Sequence record: OR228459.1
Length of the DNA stretch: 64,000 bases
Strand: one strand, 5' to 3'
Positions within the stretch are counted from its first letter, which is position 1. Each line of letters opens with the position of its first letter. The notes beneath the pieces are model-generated. The model did not search any database, was not told the DNA's origin, and worked only from the letters and a program-made list of their open reading frames with translations. This document shows, one piece after another, positions 1 through 9,458 of this stretch. A program made the translations under genes and the position numbers.

Positions 1-1
1 C

Positions 2-703
2 TATTTCTTCCCTCAATCTTCGGAAGGTCGTGGTAGTTCAGTAGAAACTCTACCGGGTGGTGATAACTTGGGTCAAATTGACGACTTGCGTTATTTTAAC
101 AATAAATTGATTCGTGGTCTACAAATTCCAGCTTCATATCTACCACAGGGGCCAGATGATGGCGGTGTGGCTTTATTTGGAGATGGTGCAACCCAAGCAA
201 TGACCAGTGAATTGCGTTTTAACAACCAATGTATGCGTTATCAGCGTTTAATCGCCAAAGTTTTCGATATGGAATTTAAACGTTATATGGTTAAGAATGG
301 TTATAGTATTAGTGCTTCATCTTTTGAAGTAATCTTTAATCCACCAATTAACTTCGCTTCATATCGTAAAGCAGAATTGGATGCAAAACTAATTAGTACT
401 TACATGTCGCTAGACGGACTTCCATATATTGCTAAACAAACAATTCTCAAGAAAATGGGCTTTGAACAAAGTGATATTGTTGAGAACGAACAAAACTGGC
501 TCATGGAAAATCCTGATGCATTATCATCAGCACAGGGTGGTGAACAGGCAGGATTGAAATCGGTCGGCATCGATGCTCCTAATGATCCGGGAATGGATTT
601 AGGTATGGATGAAGAAGGTAATATGGAAAGTGCTGATAAAGAATTCCAAGATATGGTTCAAAACGATGATTTTAACCCTAATAATTTAGGCAATTCTTTC
701 TAA
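2..703 (+). CDS. gp20: Portal protein, C-terminal part (gene begins upstream of window)
   Basis: Frame is open from base 2: YFFPQSSEGRGSSVETLPGGDNLGQIDDLRYF matches the T4 gp20 motif (EGGRGTEITTLPGGQNLGEIED); lies upstream of the head genes. Confidence 0.9.
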   Translation, partial: YFFPQSSEGRGSSVETLPGGDNLGQIDDLRYFNNKLIRGLQIPASYLPQGPDDGGVALFGDGATQAMTSELRFNNQCMRYQRLIAKVFDMEFKRYMVKNGYSISASSFEVIFNPPINFASYRKAELDAKLISTYMSLDGLPYIAKQTILKKMGFEQSDIVENEQNWLMENPDALSSAQGGEQAGLKSVGIDAPNDPGMDLGMDEEGNMESADKEFQDMVQNDDFNPNNLGNSF

Positions 704-705
704 GA

Positions 706-712
706 CTAAATA
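706..712 (+). promoter_or_regulatory. T4-type late promoter-like (CTAAATA)
   Basis: TAAATA core just after the portal stop, followed by a hairpin and a GGAG RBS. Confidence 0.45.
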
Positions 713-756
713 ACAATGATGAGTTCACTTCGACTAAGAAGTGAACACATTAGGAG

Positions 757-999
757 ATGTATATGTTAAATGAACTTTTTGAATCGAGAAATGATTCAAT
801 GTACGATCCAGAAGATGATCAAACTGTGTATAAGCTAACTGATACACGTAAACCAAAATTAACTTTAAAAGTACTAAACAATTTACGAAAGTATCGTGAA
901 TTTAAAGCTAATGAAGAAGAGAAACGTGCTCAGGTTGTAGCAGTAGTATATGCACCTGCACCTTCTGATGACGGCGGCGATATGGGCGGCTTAATGTAA
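757..999 (+). CDS. Hypothetical protein (probably head-associated)
   Basis: 80 aa, AGGAG RBS, between portal and core genes, N-terminal LNELFES. Confidence 0.6.
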   Translation: MYMLNELFESRNDSMYDPEDDQTVYKLTDTRKPKLTLKVLNNLRKYREFKANEEEKRAQVVAVVYAPAPSDDGGDMGGLM

Positions 1000-1038
1000 A
1001 AAATCCGTTTTTAAAGCTCTTTTTGAAAACGGATTTTT
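999..1038 (+). terminator. Inverted repeat / intrinsic terminator
   Basis: AAAAATCCGTTTT ... AAAACGGATTTTT. Confidence 0.55.
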
Positions 1039-1044
1039 AGTACG

Positions 1045-1052
1045 TATAAATA
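1045..1052 (+). promoter_or_regulatory. T4-type late promoter TATAAATA
   Basis: Exact T4 late consensus upstream of the core gene. Confidence 0.7.
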
Positions 1053-1098
1053 ATGACATACTTAATTTAAAAAATTTGTATATCTATTGGAGGATATA

Positions 1099-1965
1099 AT
1101 GGCAAATAAAAAACTATTGCAAGAAGCAATTCAGGCTTTTGCTAACAACGAACAAGACCTAGCTGCTAAGAAAATGCGTAAGTATTTCCTCGAAGCCGCA
1201 CAGGAAATTAATAAAAAACTAGAAGAAGAAATGGAAGAAGAATGCGATCTAAATGAAGCAGACGAAACCGAAGAAGAATGTGAAGAAGTTATCGAAGAAG
1301 ATATCGACGGAAACATGGATTCTGGTCTAACTTCCGAAGTACAATATCAACTAGGCGAAGAAGATGAATCTGATGAAGAAGAAGTTGACGTTCAAGACCA
1401 CGATGGTGAAGAAGAAGTTGATTTTGATTCCGAAGAAGAAGTTGGCGGTGAAGATGTAAATCTATCCGGTGACGAATGGGAATCCATCAAAGATGCATTT
1501 GCTGATCTAGAAGCTATGTTTGACCGCATTGAAGACGGCGGTGATTTCGAAGTTGATGCTGAAGGTGACGAAATGGGTGATGCTGAAGCAGAAGTTGATT
1601 TTGATGCAGGTGCTGATGGTGAAGATGAATTTGCTGACATTAGTTTCGGTGACGAAAAAGTTGGCGAAGGTTACAAAATGAAACCAGTTAGCAAACCAGC
1701 TAATGATGCAGCTAAATCCAAATCTCCTGTTGCTCCAAACGCAAAATCTCCAGTAGATGGCGTTGCACCAGTTAAGATCAAAGACGGTACTGTAGTAACT
1801 AATGATGGCGAATTGCTAAAAAATAAAGATGCTGAAACTGCTAAAGTTGAAGACATGAACAACGTAATGGACAGTGCTAAAGGCATGATGAAAGACGCGA
1901 AGAAACCAAAAAATACTGCGGAAAAATCTCGTTCTCCACTACCTAAATCACAACCAAAATTTTAA
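1099..1965 (+). CDS. Highly acidic prohead core/scaffold-like protein
   Basis: GGAGG RBS, ATG at 1099; Glu/Asp-rich N-half; position between portal and protease like T4 gp67/gp68. Confidence 0.55.
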   Translation: MANKKLLQEAIQAFANNEQDLAAKKMRKYFLEAAQEINKKLEEEMEEECDLNEADETEEECEEVIEEDIDGNMDSGLTSEVQYQLGEEDESDEEEVDVQDHDGEEEVDFDSEEEVGGEDVNLSGDEWESIKDAFADLEAMFDRIEDGGDFEVDAEGDEMGDAEAEVDFDAGADGEDEFADISFGDEKVGEGYKMKPVSKPANDAAKSKSPVAPNAKSPVDGVAPVKIKDGTVVTNDGELLKNKDAETAKVEDMNNVMDSAKGMMKDAKKPKNTAEKSRSPLPKSQPKF

Positions 1966-1998
1966 TCATAAATAAAAGAAAGAAGGAGATCATACACT

Positions 1999-2622
1999 AT
2001 GAGCATGATTAGAGAATGGTCTTCATTCAATGATTCTAAAATTGTACTAGAACACCGTGATAACCAATTTGGCGGCAAGGATTGTTACCTACGTGGTATT
2101 TCAATCCAAGCCGACCAACGAAATAAAAACGAACGTATCTATCCTTATGCTGAAATAGCTAAGGCAGTTGAAAATATGGCACAACGTTTACGGAGCGGTG
2201 AAAGCATTCTTTGTGAATGTGATCACCCCGAAACCCTTACTATTAACCTAGACCGTGTAGCAGCAATGATTACTAAAGTCTGGATGGAAGGTAACAACGG
2301 TATGGCTGAAATTAAACTTCTTCCTACAGCACAAGGTGAAAATATTCGCAAGATGTTAGAATGCGGTGTTAAATTAGGCGTTAGTTCTCGTGGTTCAGGA
2401 AACGTTGATCATAATGGTATTGTTTCAGATTTTGAAATCGTAACTATTGACATTGTAGCACAACCGAGTGCTCCAGAAGCGTATCCAACTGCGGTGTTTG
2501 AATCTCTAATGAGTAAGTATGGTTCACCTGTTAATGGAAGCAAAAAAGCAATAGTGGAATCTAAATCAGAAAATTGTTTAGAAAACGAAATTCACGCTTT
2601 TTTTAAGAAATTAAAAGGGTAA
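1999..2622 (+). CDS. gp21: Prohead core protease
   Basis: ADQRNKNERIYP, ECDHP (His), GVKLGVSSRGSG (Ser), FEIVTIDIVAQPSAPEAYP motifs of the gp21/U9 family. Confidence 0.92.
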   Translation: MSMIREWSSFNDSKIVLEHRDNQFGGKDCYLRGISIQADQRNKNERIYPYAEIAKAVENMAQRLRSGESILCECDHPETLTINLDRVAAMITKVWMEGNNGMAEIKLLPTAQGENIRKMLECGVKLGVSSRGSGNVDHNGIVSDFEIVTIDIVAQPSAPEAYPTAVFESLMSKYGSPVNGSKKAIVESKSENCLENEIHAFFKKLKG

Positions 2623-2633
2623 CAAAATAAATT

Positions 2634-2641
2634 TATAAATA
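2634..2641 (+). promoter_or_regulatory. T4-type late promoter TATAAATA
   Basis: Exact consensus upstream of the scaffold gene. Confidence 0.7.
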
Positions 2642-2688
2642 TTTGTACATCAAAAGTACGAATGTTAAGTACTTTACAGGAGATTATA

Positions 2689-3807
2689 ATGTCTAAATTA
2701 GATAAGTTTCTAAAAGAATCATCTCTTTCTGATGAAGCGAAACAGCTAATTCAGGAAGCATGGAATGAAGAAAAACAAGCAGTCGCCGCAGAAATGCGTG
2801 AAGAAATGAAAGGACGTTATCAAGAAGATCTAGCTCGTCTAACCGAAGGTCTAGATAAAATGGTAACTGGTCTAATCGCTGAAGAAATGGGTGCAGTTTA
2901 CGACGAAAAAGCAAAACTCGTTGAAGACCGTGTAACACTACGTAAAACCCTAGCAAACTTCGGTAGCTTTGCAAACGGTGTACTCGCTGAAGAAGTTAAA
3001 CAAATGCGTAACGAGACTAAACTCGTTAAAGAAAGTCTAGATAAATTCGCAGGATTCAGTAATCGTATCCTAGCAGAAGAACTAAAAGACTTCCACCATG
3101 AGAAACGTCAGTTGGTTGAAACTCGTGTTAAACTAATTGCTGAAGGTTCACAAAAAATTAATGAAGCTCGTCAGAGTGTAATTAAACGTATTACTGAAAC
3201 TTCCGCTCAATATATTGCTGAGACTACTCACAATAACCTAAAAGAGCTAAAAACAGAACTACGTGAAGCACGTCAGAATATGTTTGGTCGTAAAATTTTC
3301 GAAGCATTTGCTAACGAATTCTATAGCAACCAATACAAAGAAAATTCAATTCTACGTTCTCTAAACGAATCTATTAAACAGAAAGAAAAAGAAGTTATCG
3401 AATTTAAAGAAAAACTTCAAGAATCTCAAGCTCAAGCAGAAGCTGCTCAAAAGAAAATGCGTATCATGGAAGATACTCATGCTCGTTCAGCTATCATCTC
3501 AGAGCTAGTGAAACCTCTTACTGTTCAACAGAAACAAATTATGGAATCACTACTTCAAGCTACTCCTACCGAGAAACTTAAAGACGATTTCATGAAGTAC
3601 CATAAGTCTGTACTAAAAGGTACTATCAATGAATCTGCTGCTAAAACCAGCCGCCCAGCAGTTAATACAAAGGCTAAAAGTACTCTCACTGAAGGTATCG
3701 TCGTAACTGGCAACCGTGAAGGTATCATTAAAGAAAGTGAACTTGATTCCGACGATCTAGATTTCCTAAAATCTCTAGAACGTAATGCAGGAATCCACAA
3801 AAAATAA
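2689..3807 (+). CDS. gp22: Prohead core scaffold protein
   Basis: Long Glu/Lys coiled coil directly upstream of the capsid gene; GGAG RBS and ATG at 2689. Confidence 0.75.
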   Translation: MSKLDKFLKESSLSDEAKQLIQEAWNEEKQAVAAEMREEMKGRYQEDLARLTEGLDKMVTGLIAEEMGAVYDEKAKLVEDRVTLRKTLANFGSFANGVLAEEVKQMRNETKLVKESLDKFAGFSNRILAEELKDFHHEKRQLVETRVKLIAEGSQKINEARQSVIKRITETSAQYIAETTHNNLKELKTELREARQNMFGRKIFEAFANEFYSNQYKENSILRSLNESIKQKEKEVIEFKEKLQESQAQAEAAQKKMRIMEDTHARSAIISELVKPLTVQQKQIMESLLQATPTEKLKDDFMKYHKSVLKGTINESAAKTSRPAVNTKAKSTLTEGIVVTGNREGIIKESELDSDDLDFLKSLERNAGIHKK

Positions 3808-3835
3808 ACATTTTTAATAAGCTATTTTTTTCAGG

Positions 3836-3843
3836 CATAAATA
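3836..3843 (+). promoter_or_regulatory. Late promoter-like CATAAATA
   Basis: Upstream of the capsid gene. Confidence 0.55.
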
Positions 3844-3888
3844 ATAACATACTGAAAAACGAAAAAACATCTTTTAAGGAGATATATA

Positions 3889-5064
3889 ATGTCACAACTA
3901 TTAACTGAATCCAAATGGGCAGCAGTAAAAGAAAAACTAACTGAAGGTCTAAAAGATAACCGTAAAACCGTTATGGAAGCTGTTCTAGAAAACCACCGTA
4001 AAGTAATGCTACGTGAAAGTGCTTCTCAAGGTGCAACTTCTGCTGGTAACATCGCAACACTAAACAAAGTAATTCTACCAATTATGCGTCGTGTTATGCC
4101 TACCGTTATTGCTAACGAAATTATCGGTGTTCAACCTATGACTGGCCCTGTTGGTCAAATCCACACCCTACGTGTTCAATATGCTGACAACGCACCGGGC
4201 GTTATCGCTGGTGAAGAAGCACTATCCCCATACAAAATCGCTAAGTCCTATACTGGTGATGTTAATGGTGATAACGAAAATCCACGTGCTGCTCCTACTA
4301 GCCAACTAGAAGGTACTATGGGTCGTCGCGTCAACATCCGTATCCTACGTGAAACCGTTGAAGCGAAATCTCGTCGTCTATCTGCTCGCTGGACTGTTGA
4401 ATCTGCACAAGATGCTCAATCTCAACACGGTATCGACGTAGAAGCTGAACTAATGGCTGCTATCGCTCAAGAAGTTACCACTGAAATCGACCAAGAGCTA
4501 CTACACAAACTACGTGCTCTACCGGGTGCCGCTGCTGTAACTTATGACCAATCTAAAGTTACTGGTGTTGCTACCTTCGTTGGTGACGAACACGCCGCTC
4601 TAGCTACTCTAATTAACCGTCAAGCAAACGAAGTTGCTCGTCGTACTAAGCGTGGTGCTGCGAATTGGGCTGTTGTTTCTCCAACTGCACTAACTATTCT
4701 ACAATCTGCTACCACTTCTAGCTTCGCTCGTACCACTGAAGGTACTTTCGATGCTCCAACTAACGTTAAGTTTGTTGGTGTACTTAACAGTACTATGAAG
4801 ATCTACGTTGATACCTATGCTGATGATAGCACAGACGTCCTCATTGGTTACAAAGGTAATGCAGAAACTGATGCTGGTGTATTCTATTGCCCGTACATCC
4901 CACTAATGGCATCTGGTACTGTAATGGATCCAAATACCGGGGAACTCGTAACGACATTTCTTACAAGATATGGCTACGTTCAGCTTACTGACAGTACTTC
5001 ATCTCTTGGTAACGCTGCTGACTACTTCAGCAAAATTGCAATCCGCAACGTAACCTTCATGTAA
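3889..5064 (+). CDS. gp23: Major capsid protein
   Basis: MRRVMPTVIANEIIGVQPMTGPVGQIHTLR, TVEAKSRRLSARWT, AEVTTEIDQE, GVFYCPYIPL, TRYG motifs of T4 gp23. Confidence 0.96.
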   Translation: MSQLLTESKWAAVKEKLTEGLKDNRKTVMEAVLENHRKVMLRESASQGATSAGNIATLNKVILPIMRRVMPTVIANEIIGVQPMTGPVGQIHTLRVQYADNAPGVIAGEEALSPYKIAKSYTGDVNGDNENPRAAPTSQLEGTMGRRVNIRILRETVEAKSRRLSARWTVESAQDAQSQHGIDVEAELMAAIAQEVTTEIDQELLHKLRALPGAAAVTYDQSKVTGVATFVGDEHAALATLINRQANEVARRTKRGAANWAVVSPTALTILQSATTSSFARTTEGTFDAPTNVKFVGVLNSTMKIYVDTYADDSTDVLIGYKGNAETDAGVFYCPYIPLMASGTVMDPNTGELVTTFLTRYGYVQLTDSTSSLGNAADYFSKIAIRNVTFM

Positions 5065-5109
5065 TTAAAGTAGAAGTAATTTGATTCAAAAATTAATATA
5101 AAAACATTA

Positions 5110-5140
5110 AAAAGGGACTCTTGACGAGTCCCTTTTCTTT
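5110..5140 (+). terminator. Rho-independent terminator of the capsid operon
   Basis: AAAAGGGACTC-TTGAC-GAGTCCCTTTT followed by CTTTT. Confidence 0.85.
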
Positions 5141-5149
5141 TGCTATAAT
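5121..5149 (+). promoter_or_regulatory. Sigma70-type promoter embedded in the terminator
   Basis: TTGACG (5121-5126), 17-bp spacer, TG-n-TATAAT (5141-5149). Confidence 0.7.
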
Positions 5150-5163
5150 TCTTTATATTTTTT

Positions 5164-6093
5164 ATGGAGAGAATAATCTTGAATAAGAATGCACAACATT
5201 TTATCAATAGGGTTAATGAAAAGTACGGAAAAGGTGTATACACCTTTGATAAACTTGATTATATCAACGCACACACAAAAGTTAAACTCTTTTGTGTAAG
5301 TGGACAGCATTACTTTACTATTGCTCCTATGCATATGGTATCTAAAAGCTCAAAGGGATGCAATAAGTGTCAAAAAAACACTGCATACACAACCGAAGAG
5401 TTTGTAGAGAAAATTTCTAAACTATACCCAACTCTTACTTTTGAGAAAACTGTGTATAAAACACAACGTAGCGGTAATGTTATTGTTACTTGTCATGCCG
5501 ATCCAACTGATGTTCATGATTGGGAAGTTGCGGCACATACTTTAATAAAAGGTAAAACTCAATGTGGTATTTGTTCTGGGAAAAGTGGTCGCACACCTGA
5601 ACAATTTGTTAAAGAAGTCAGAAAAGTACATGGGGATAAGTATAATTATCCACACCCATATAAAAATAGTATGAAAAATATTGATATTGAATGTCCAATT
5701 GGTGGTCATGGAATCTTTTCACAAAGCCCCAAAGCACACCTCGCTGGTCGTGGATGCCCCAAATGTGGAAAATATGGATATCAACCATCACAACCCGGAT
5801 ATTTTTATGTTCAAAAGTTAGAATCTGATGATAAAGTACTGTACAAGTACGGAATTACCGGTGATATGGATCGTAGGATTACCGAACAGTCAAGAAATTC
5901 AGTTTTCAACCACACAATTTTAGTAGAAAGGTACTTTGAAGATGGCAAAAAACCTTTAGTACTGGAAAAGTTCTTAAAAACTTACATCGAAAGCGGTGTT
6001 GTTACTCCAGATGAACTACAATCTGGTTTTACTGAGACATTTGATGCCAAATACTTAGAAGTAGTTTTAGAAATTGTAAATAATTTCAAATAG
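5164..6093 (+). mobile_element. Free-standing homing endonuclease-like gene (repeated Cys/His Zn modules plus C-terminal GIY-YIG/T5orf172-like nuclease)
   Basis: Repeats of C..H.F......H....GC.KC; C-terminal FYVQK...YKYGIT..R..E..E; codon usage unlike flanking genes. Confidence 0.7.
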
Positions 6094-6119
6094 CCCCTAT
6101 AAAGAGGATAAAAAAGAAT

Positions 6120-6524
6120 ATGAGAGTCAAGGATGACATGATAGTAACGGTATACAAGTTCCCGAATCAGGGATTCTACCCTAATATTGATGGTGGATTT
6201 GACATGTATATAGATATGTACACAGAAGTTGCTTTTTGTGAGGCATTACAGCAGTTGTACGTTAGTATAGAAGCGGTAAAGTACTTAAAATCTCAATACG
6301 TAGCTGATATTCTCAAAGTTGAGAGTGAAGAAATGCTTTACAAGGATTACGTACAGATGTATAAAGACAAGTTGAATGCGAAGTTCCCGGATGCACCAGT
6401 ACTAGCTACAATAGAGTTAGATGCTGTTGGTAGGCCGAAGCAGGAGCTACCGGATCATTTAAAGCCCACTGATAATTTCGCAAAATTGCGAACAGCGGGG
6501 TTAAATTTCACAATTCAGAGATAA
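6120..6524 (+). CDS. Hypothetical protein
   Basis: 134 aa ORF with GAGG RBS; no recognised motif; atypical codon use. Confidence 0.55.
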   Translation: MRVKDDMIVTVYKFPNQGFYPNIDGGFDMYIDMYTEVAFCEALQQLYVSIEAVKYLKSQYVADILKVESEEMLYKDYVQMYKDKLNAKFPDAPVLATIELDAVGRPKQELPDHLKPTDNFAKLRTAGLNFTIQR

Positions 6525-6552
6525 TAAATACTTCCAATGATACGGAGGTAAT

Positions 6553-6861
6553 ATGTCTCAAATTTGTTATGTAATCACGAATCCTGCATGGCCTGAATGG
6601 GTAAAAATTGGATTCACATCTAAATCGGAAATGAAAACACGTTTAAGTACTTATCAAACTGGAACACCTTTCCGGGATTTTGAAGTATATCATGAAGTAC
6701 ACTTTGATGATGCTAAAGAAGCGGAGAAAGAGGTACATAAGCGTTTAAAGCAAATGAACGCTACAAGGAGTCCCGGTACGGAATGGTTTAAGATGCCGAA
6801 GAAATTAGCTGCTAACATGATAGATGGAGTAGCAGACGACTTAGAGAATGGACTTCTATAA
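6553..6861 (+). CDS. T5orf172/MUG113-type GIY-YIG domain protein
   Basis: CYVITNPAWPEWVKIGFT...R...YQTGTPFRDF...EKEVH...EWF. Confidence 0.75.
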   Translation: MSQICYVITNPAWPEWVKIGFTSKSEMKTRLSTYQTGTPFRDFEVYHEVHFDDAKEAEKEVHKRLKQMNATRSPGTEWFKMPKKLAANMIDGVADDLENGLL

Positions 6862-6900
6862 TAAATATCATTATAGTAATAAACATAAAAGGATTTATAA

Positions 6901-8496
6901 ATGAGTATTAGTTTTAATCATCCTAAGAATACGGTGACTAGTACTGGATCATTGAATTTAATTGTAAGTACTGGTAATCCTACATCACCACAGCCAATTA
7001 GATTAAATGCCACATCAGTAATTATGCCAGTACGTGCATTACCATCGGGTGAAGCAGGTGCAATGGTATTTGACACTGGTACTAAAACCATGAAGTATCA
7101 TAACGGTTTGAGTTGGGTTGAAATGTTAGGTCAAGACACTATTTTACAACCAATTTATACTGAAATAAACAATATTAATCAAAAGTTAGGCACTAAAGTA
7201 GATAGTGTAACATATAATTCTGGTTCTGTTCCACAGGCATCTATTAGTGGCACACAGTTAAGTATCACATTCCCTATTTCTAGTGGTGGTAGTACTGGCA
7301 ATAATGGTTTGTTCACTTCATCTAAACAAGGCAGTATTCAAATGTACGCATTGTCTGATGGTATGACTGCTGCTACTATACGTGAACAGATGAGTGGTAA
7401 GAGTGGTGGACAAAATGGAAGAAACGGTTCACAAAGTTCACCATTCATTTCTAATGATGGTTGGTGTTTTGCTGATGGAATGTGGTGGACATGGGAAGGT
7501 GAAAGTGGTACAATAACTCAACGAGTACCAAACTTGAATCAACAAGCATACCTTAAACCAATGTCAGTTAGTGGTGCGATCCAAATTGGTTCTGTTATTG
7601 CATCATCTGCTGCAATCGGTGGCACTTCGTTAACAATCGCACAGTTACCACCTCACAGCTTTAATGTTAGTGGACAAACTGATGCTGCTGGAGATCACGT
7701 TCATACTTTCCCACTATCAAACCAAAGATCAGGTACTGGTTGGGCTGATGGTGCGACACCAAACCGATATGATGGTGATGGTAGAACTAATAGTGGTGGG
7801 ATTCACATACATACATTCAACGGAACTACTAATACTTTGGGTTCTGGTCAGCCTCATAGTCACTCCATTAGTAACTTGGATGTAAACCACTTTAATGTAG
7901 CAGTAATTTATAATATTGCAACTCCTAGTTTTGCATTGAATGAATCTGCCGCTAATGGAAAATATGTACTAAAAACTGGTGATACTATGACTGGTTCACT
8001 AACAATTGCAACGGCTGCAACAATAAAAGGTGACGATTCGAACCTTACAATGTCATGGCGTAATAATTCTAATGCTGAACGTGCAATGATTTATCATAGT
8101 TCGACAAACAATACCCTACGATTCCGTACTAACGGGGGTACTGAAATGACATTGACACAAGCTGGTGCAATGACCACTGCAAGCGTAACTGCAAATTCAC
8201 TAAACGTCACTGCCAACAGTGCTGTTGTTGCTGGACGAAATATTGTTCGTTCTGTAAACGGAACAAATGCTGATGGTAATGGTAATGTTAATTTACCTAC
8301 AGGTGACAACATTACTGATATGAAGTTAGGTCGAAGAGAGATACAGGGTGTAGCTGAAAATATACAAAAGCCCGGCTATGTTATGATTGGGTGGCAACAT
8401 GGTAACAAAAAAGAACTTCGCGGTGGTGCATATTGGGCCGCCCCCCTATCTTTCTATAGAAACGGTCAATGGGTTCTTATTCCAAATGAATATTAA
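6901..8496 (+). CDS. Tail fibre protein (collar-like and His-x-His metal-binding segments)
   Basis: Gly/Ser/Thr-rich; DGWCFADG...VPNL collar-like motif, HVHT/HIHT/HSHS triads, YVLKTGDTMTG, RNIVRSVNG; followed by a chaperone gene. Confidence 0.75.
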   Translation: MSISFNHPKNTVTSTGSLNLIVSTGNPTSPQPIRLNATSVIMPVRALPSGEAGAMVFDTGTKTMKYHNGLSWVEMLGQDTILQPIYTEINNINQKLGTKVDSVTYNSGSVPQASISGTQLSITFPISSGGSTGNNGLFTSSKQGSIQMYALSDGMTAATIREQMSGKSGGQNGRNGSQSSPFISNDGWCFADGMWWTWEGESGTITQRVPNLNQQAYLKPMSVSGAIQIGSVIASSAAIGGTSLTIAQLPPHSFNVSGQTDAAGDHVHTFPLSNQRSGTGWADGATPNRYDGDGRTNSGGIHIHTFNGTTNTLGSGQPHSHSISNLDVNHFNVAVIYNIATPSFALNESAANGKYVLKTGDTMTGSLTIATAATIKGDDSNLTMSWRNNSNAERAMIYHSSTNNTLRFRTNGGTEMTLTQAGAMTTASVTANSLNVTANSAVVAGRNIVRSVNGTNADGNGNVNLPTGDNITDMKLGRREIQGVAENIQKPGYVMIGWQHGNKKELRGGAYWAAPLSFYRNGQWVLIPNEY

Positions 8497-8512
8497 ATAA
8501 GGAATATAAAAT

Positions 8513-9055
8513 ATGAAAATTTATAAAGATTGGAAAGTATATAAACCTTTAATTACTGAGCAAAATAAAAGTAATGTAGAAGCCGGGGTTATGTTTTTGT
8601 GTGATTCCGATGGTATTGACTGGTATGAATTGAGTAAAGAACTTGAACAACCACAACATCAAAATAATTATTTTATTTTAGTAGATGTTAAAACTAATAT
8701 GGTTAAATCATATTCTAAAGGATTCAAACCTTGGTATTTTGCTCCAATTTCTGCTCATTTTTGTATAACTGATAGTGCACCTGTTGATTTTGAAGAAAAT
8801 TACATACATTATCGTTTAGATAAAAATAAATTTGTTCCAGATAATTCATTAAAGATTGATAGTCTTAAATATTACATTGATGAAGAACTAATGTGGGCTT
8901 CGTCGCAAATTAGTTCACTTCAAGATATTGAAGAGTTTGGAACACCAACCAAAGAAGAACAAGAACGTTTGCTTGCATTGCGTAAGTACCGCTTTACATT
9001 AACTCGTGTAGTACCGGAAGATAACCCAGATATTGACCTTCCAGATCGTCCTTAA
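8513..9055 (+). CDS. Tail fibre assembly chaperone (Tfa/Caudo_TAP-like)
   Basis: FLCDSDGIDWYE at N-terminus; ISSLQDIEE...EERLLALRKYRFTLTRV...DIDLPDRP at C-terminus. Confidence 0.75.
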   Translation: MKIYKDWKVYKPLITEQNKSNVEAGVMFLCDSDGIDWYELSKELEQPQHQNNYFILVDVKTNMVKSYSKGFKPWYFAPISAHFCITDSAPVDFEENYIHYRLDKNKFVPDNSLKIDSLKYYIDEELMWASSQISSLQDIEEFGTPTKEEQERLLALRKYRFTLTRVVPEDNPDIDLPDRP

Positions 9056-9063
9056 AAAAAATC

Positions 9064-9094
9064 TTGGGACAAAAAAAGGATCATGTGATATAAT
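9064..9094 (+). promoter_or_regulatory. Phage-specific promoter TTGGGAC...TGTGATATAAT (copy 1)
   Basis: Motif repeated 11 times in the window at near-fixed spacing. Confidence 0.75.
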
Positions 9095-9151
9095 AGAAGC
9101 ACGATGAGCAATGACGCTCACGTGCTTTTTTTTATAAATGGAGAAAACAAC

Positions 9152-9448
9152 ATGGCTAAGAAAACTGAAAACAAAGTAGAAATCAAAGACCTAAACGACG
9201 AACAACGTAAGCGTCTTGGTGCTGGCCTAAACAATGCTGTAGTCCAACTAACCTATATGGAAGATACTAAAGCTGCTTATTCTGATTTCATCGATTCACT
9301 AGCTGATGAACTTGGTCTAGATGCATCAACCATCAAACAAGCGGCAACCCGTATGCATAAAGGTGATTTCTTCGATAAAGTCCGTAAACAAGATGAAATC
9401 GAAACTATCCTTCAAATTACTGGTAACCTACCAGAAGATGACGAGTAA
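9152..9448 (+). CDS. T4 DsbA-like dsDNA-binding protein
   Basis: About 98 aa helical; DFIDSLADELGLDASTIKQAATRMHKGDF resembles T4 DsbA (AKDELGVDGKMFNRLLALYHKD). Confidence 0.6.
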   Translation: MAKKTENKVEIKDLNDEQRKRLGAGLNNAVVQLTYMEDTKAAYSDFIDSLADELGLDASTIKQAATRMHKGDFFDKVRKQDEIETILQITGNLPEDDE

Positions 9449-9458
9449 TATGTCATAT

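Noticed and set aside
1240-1660. Glu/Asp-rich quasi-repeats in the core protein as a DNA repeat array
   Set aside because: No fixed repeat unit; this is acidic low-complexity coding sequence typical of scaffold proteins
1131-1886. Ser-rich minus-strand ORFs, plus the many other short antisense or alternate-frame ORFs in the track
   Set aside because: They are shadows of biased sense-strand codons (GAA/GAT read antisense as Ser/Phe), lack RBSs and lie fully inside well-supported genes
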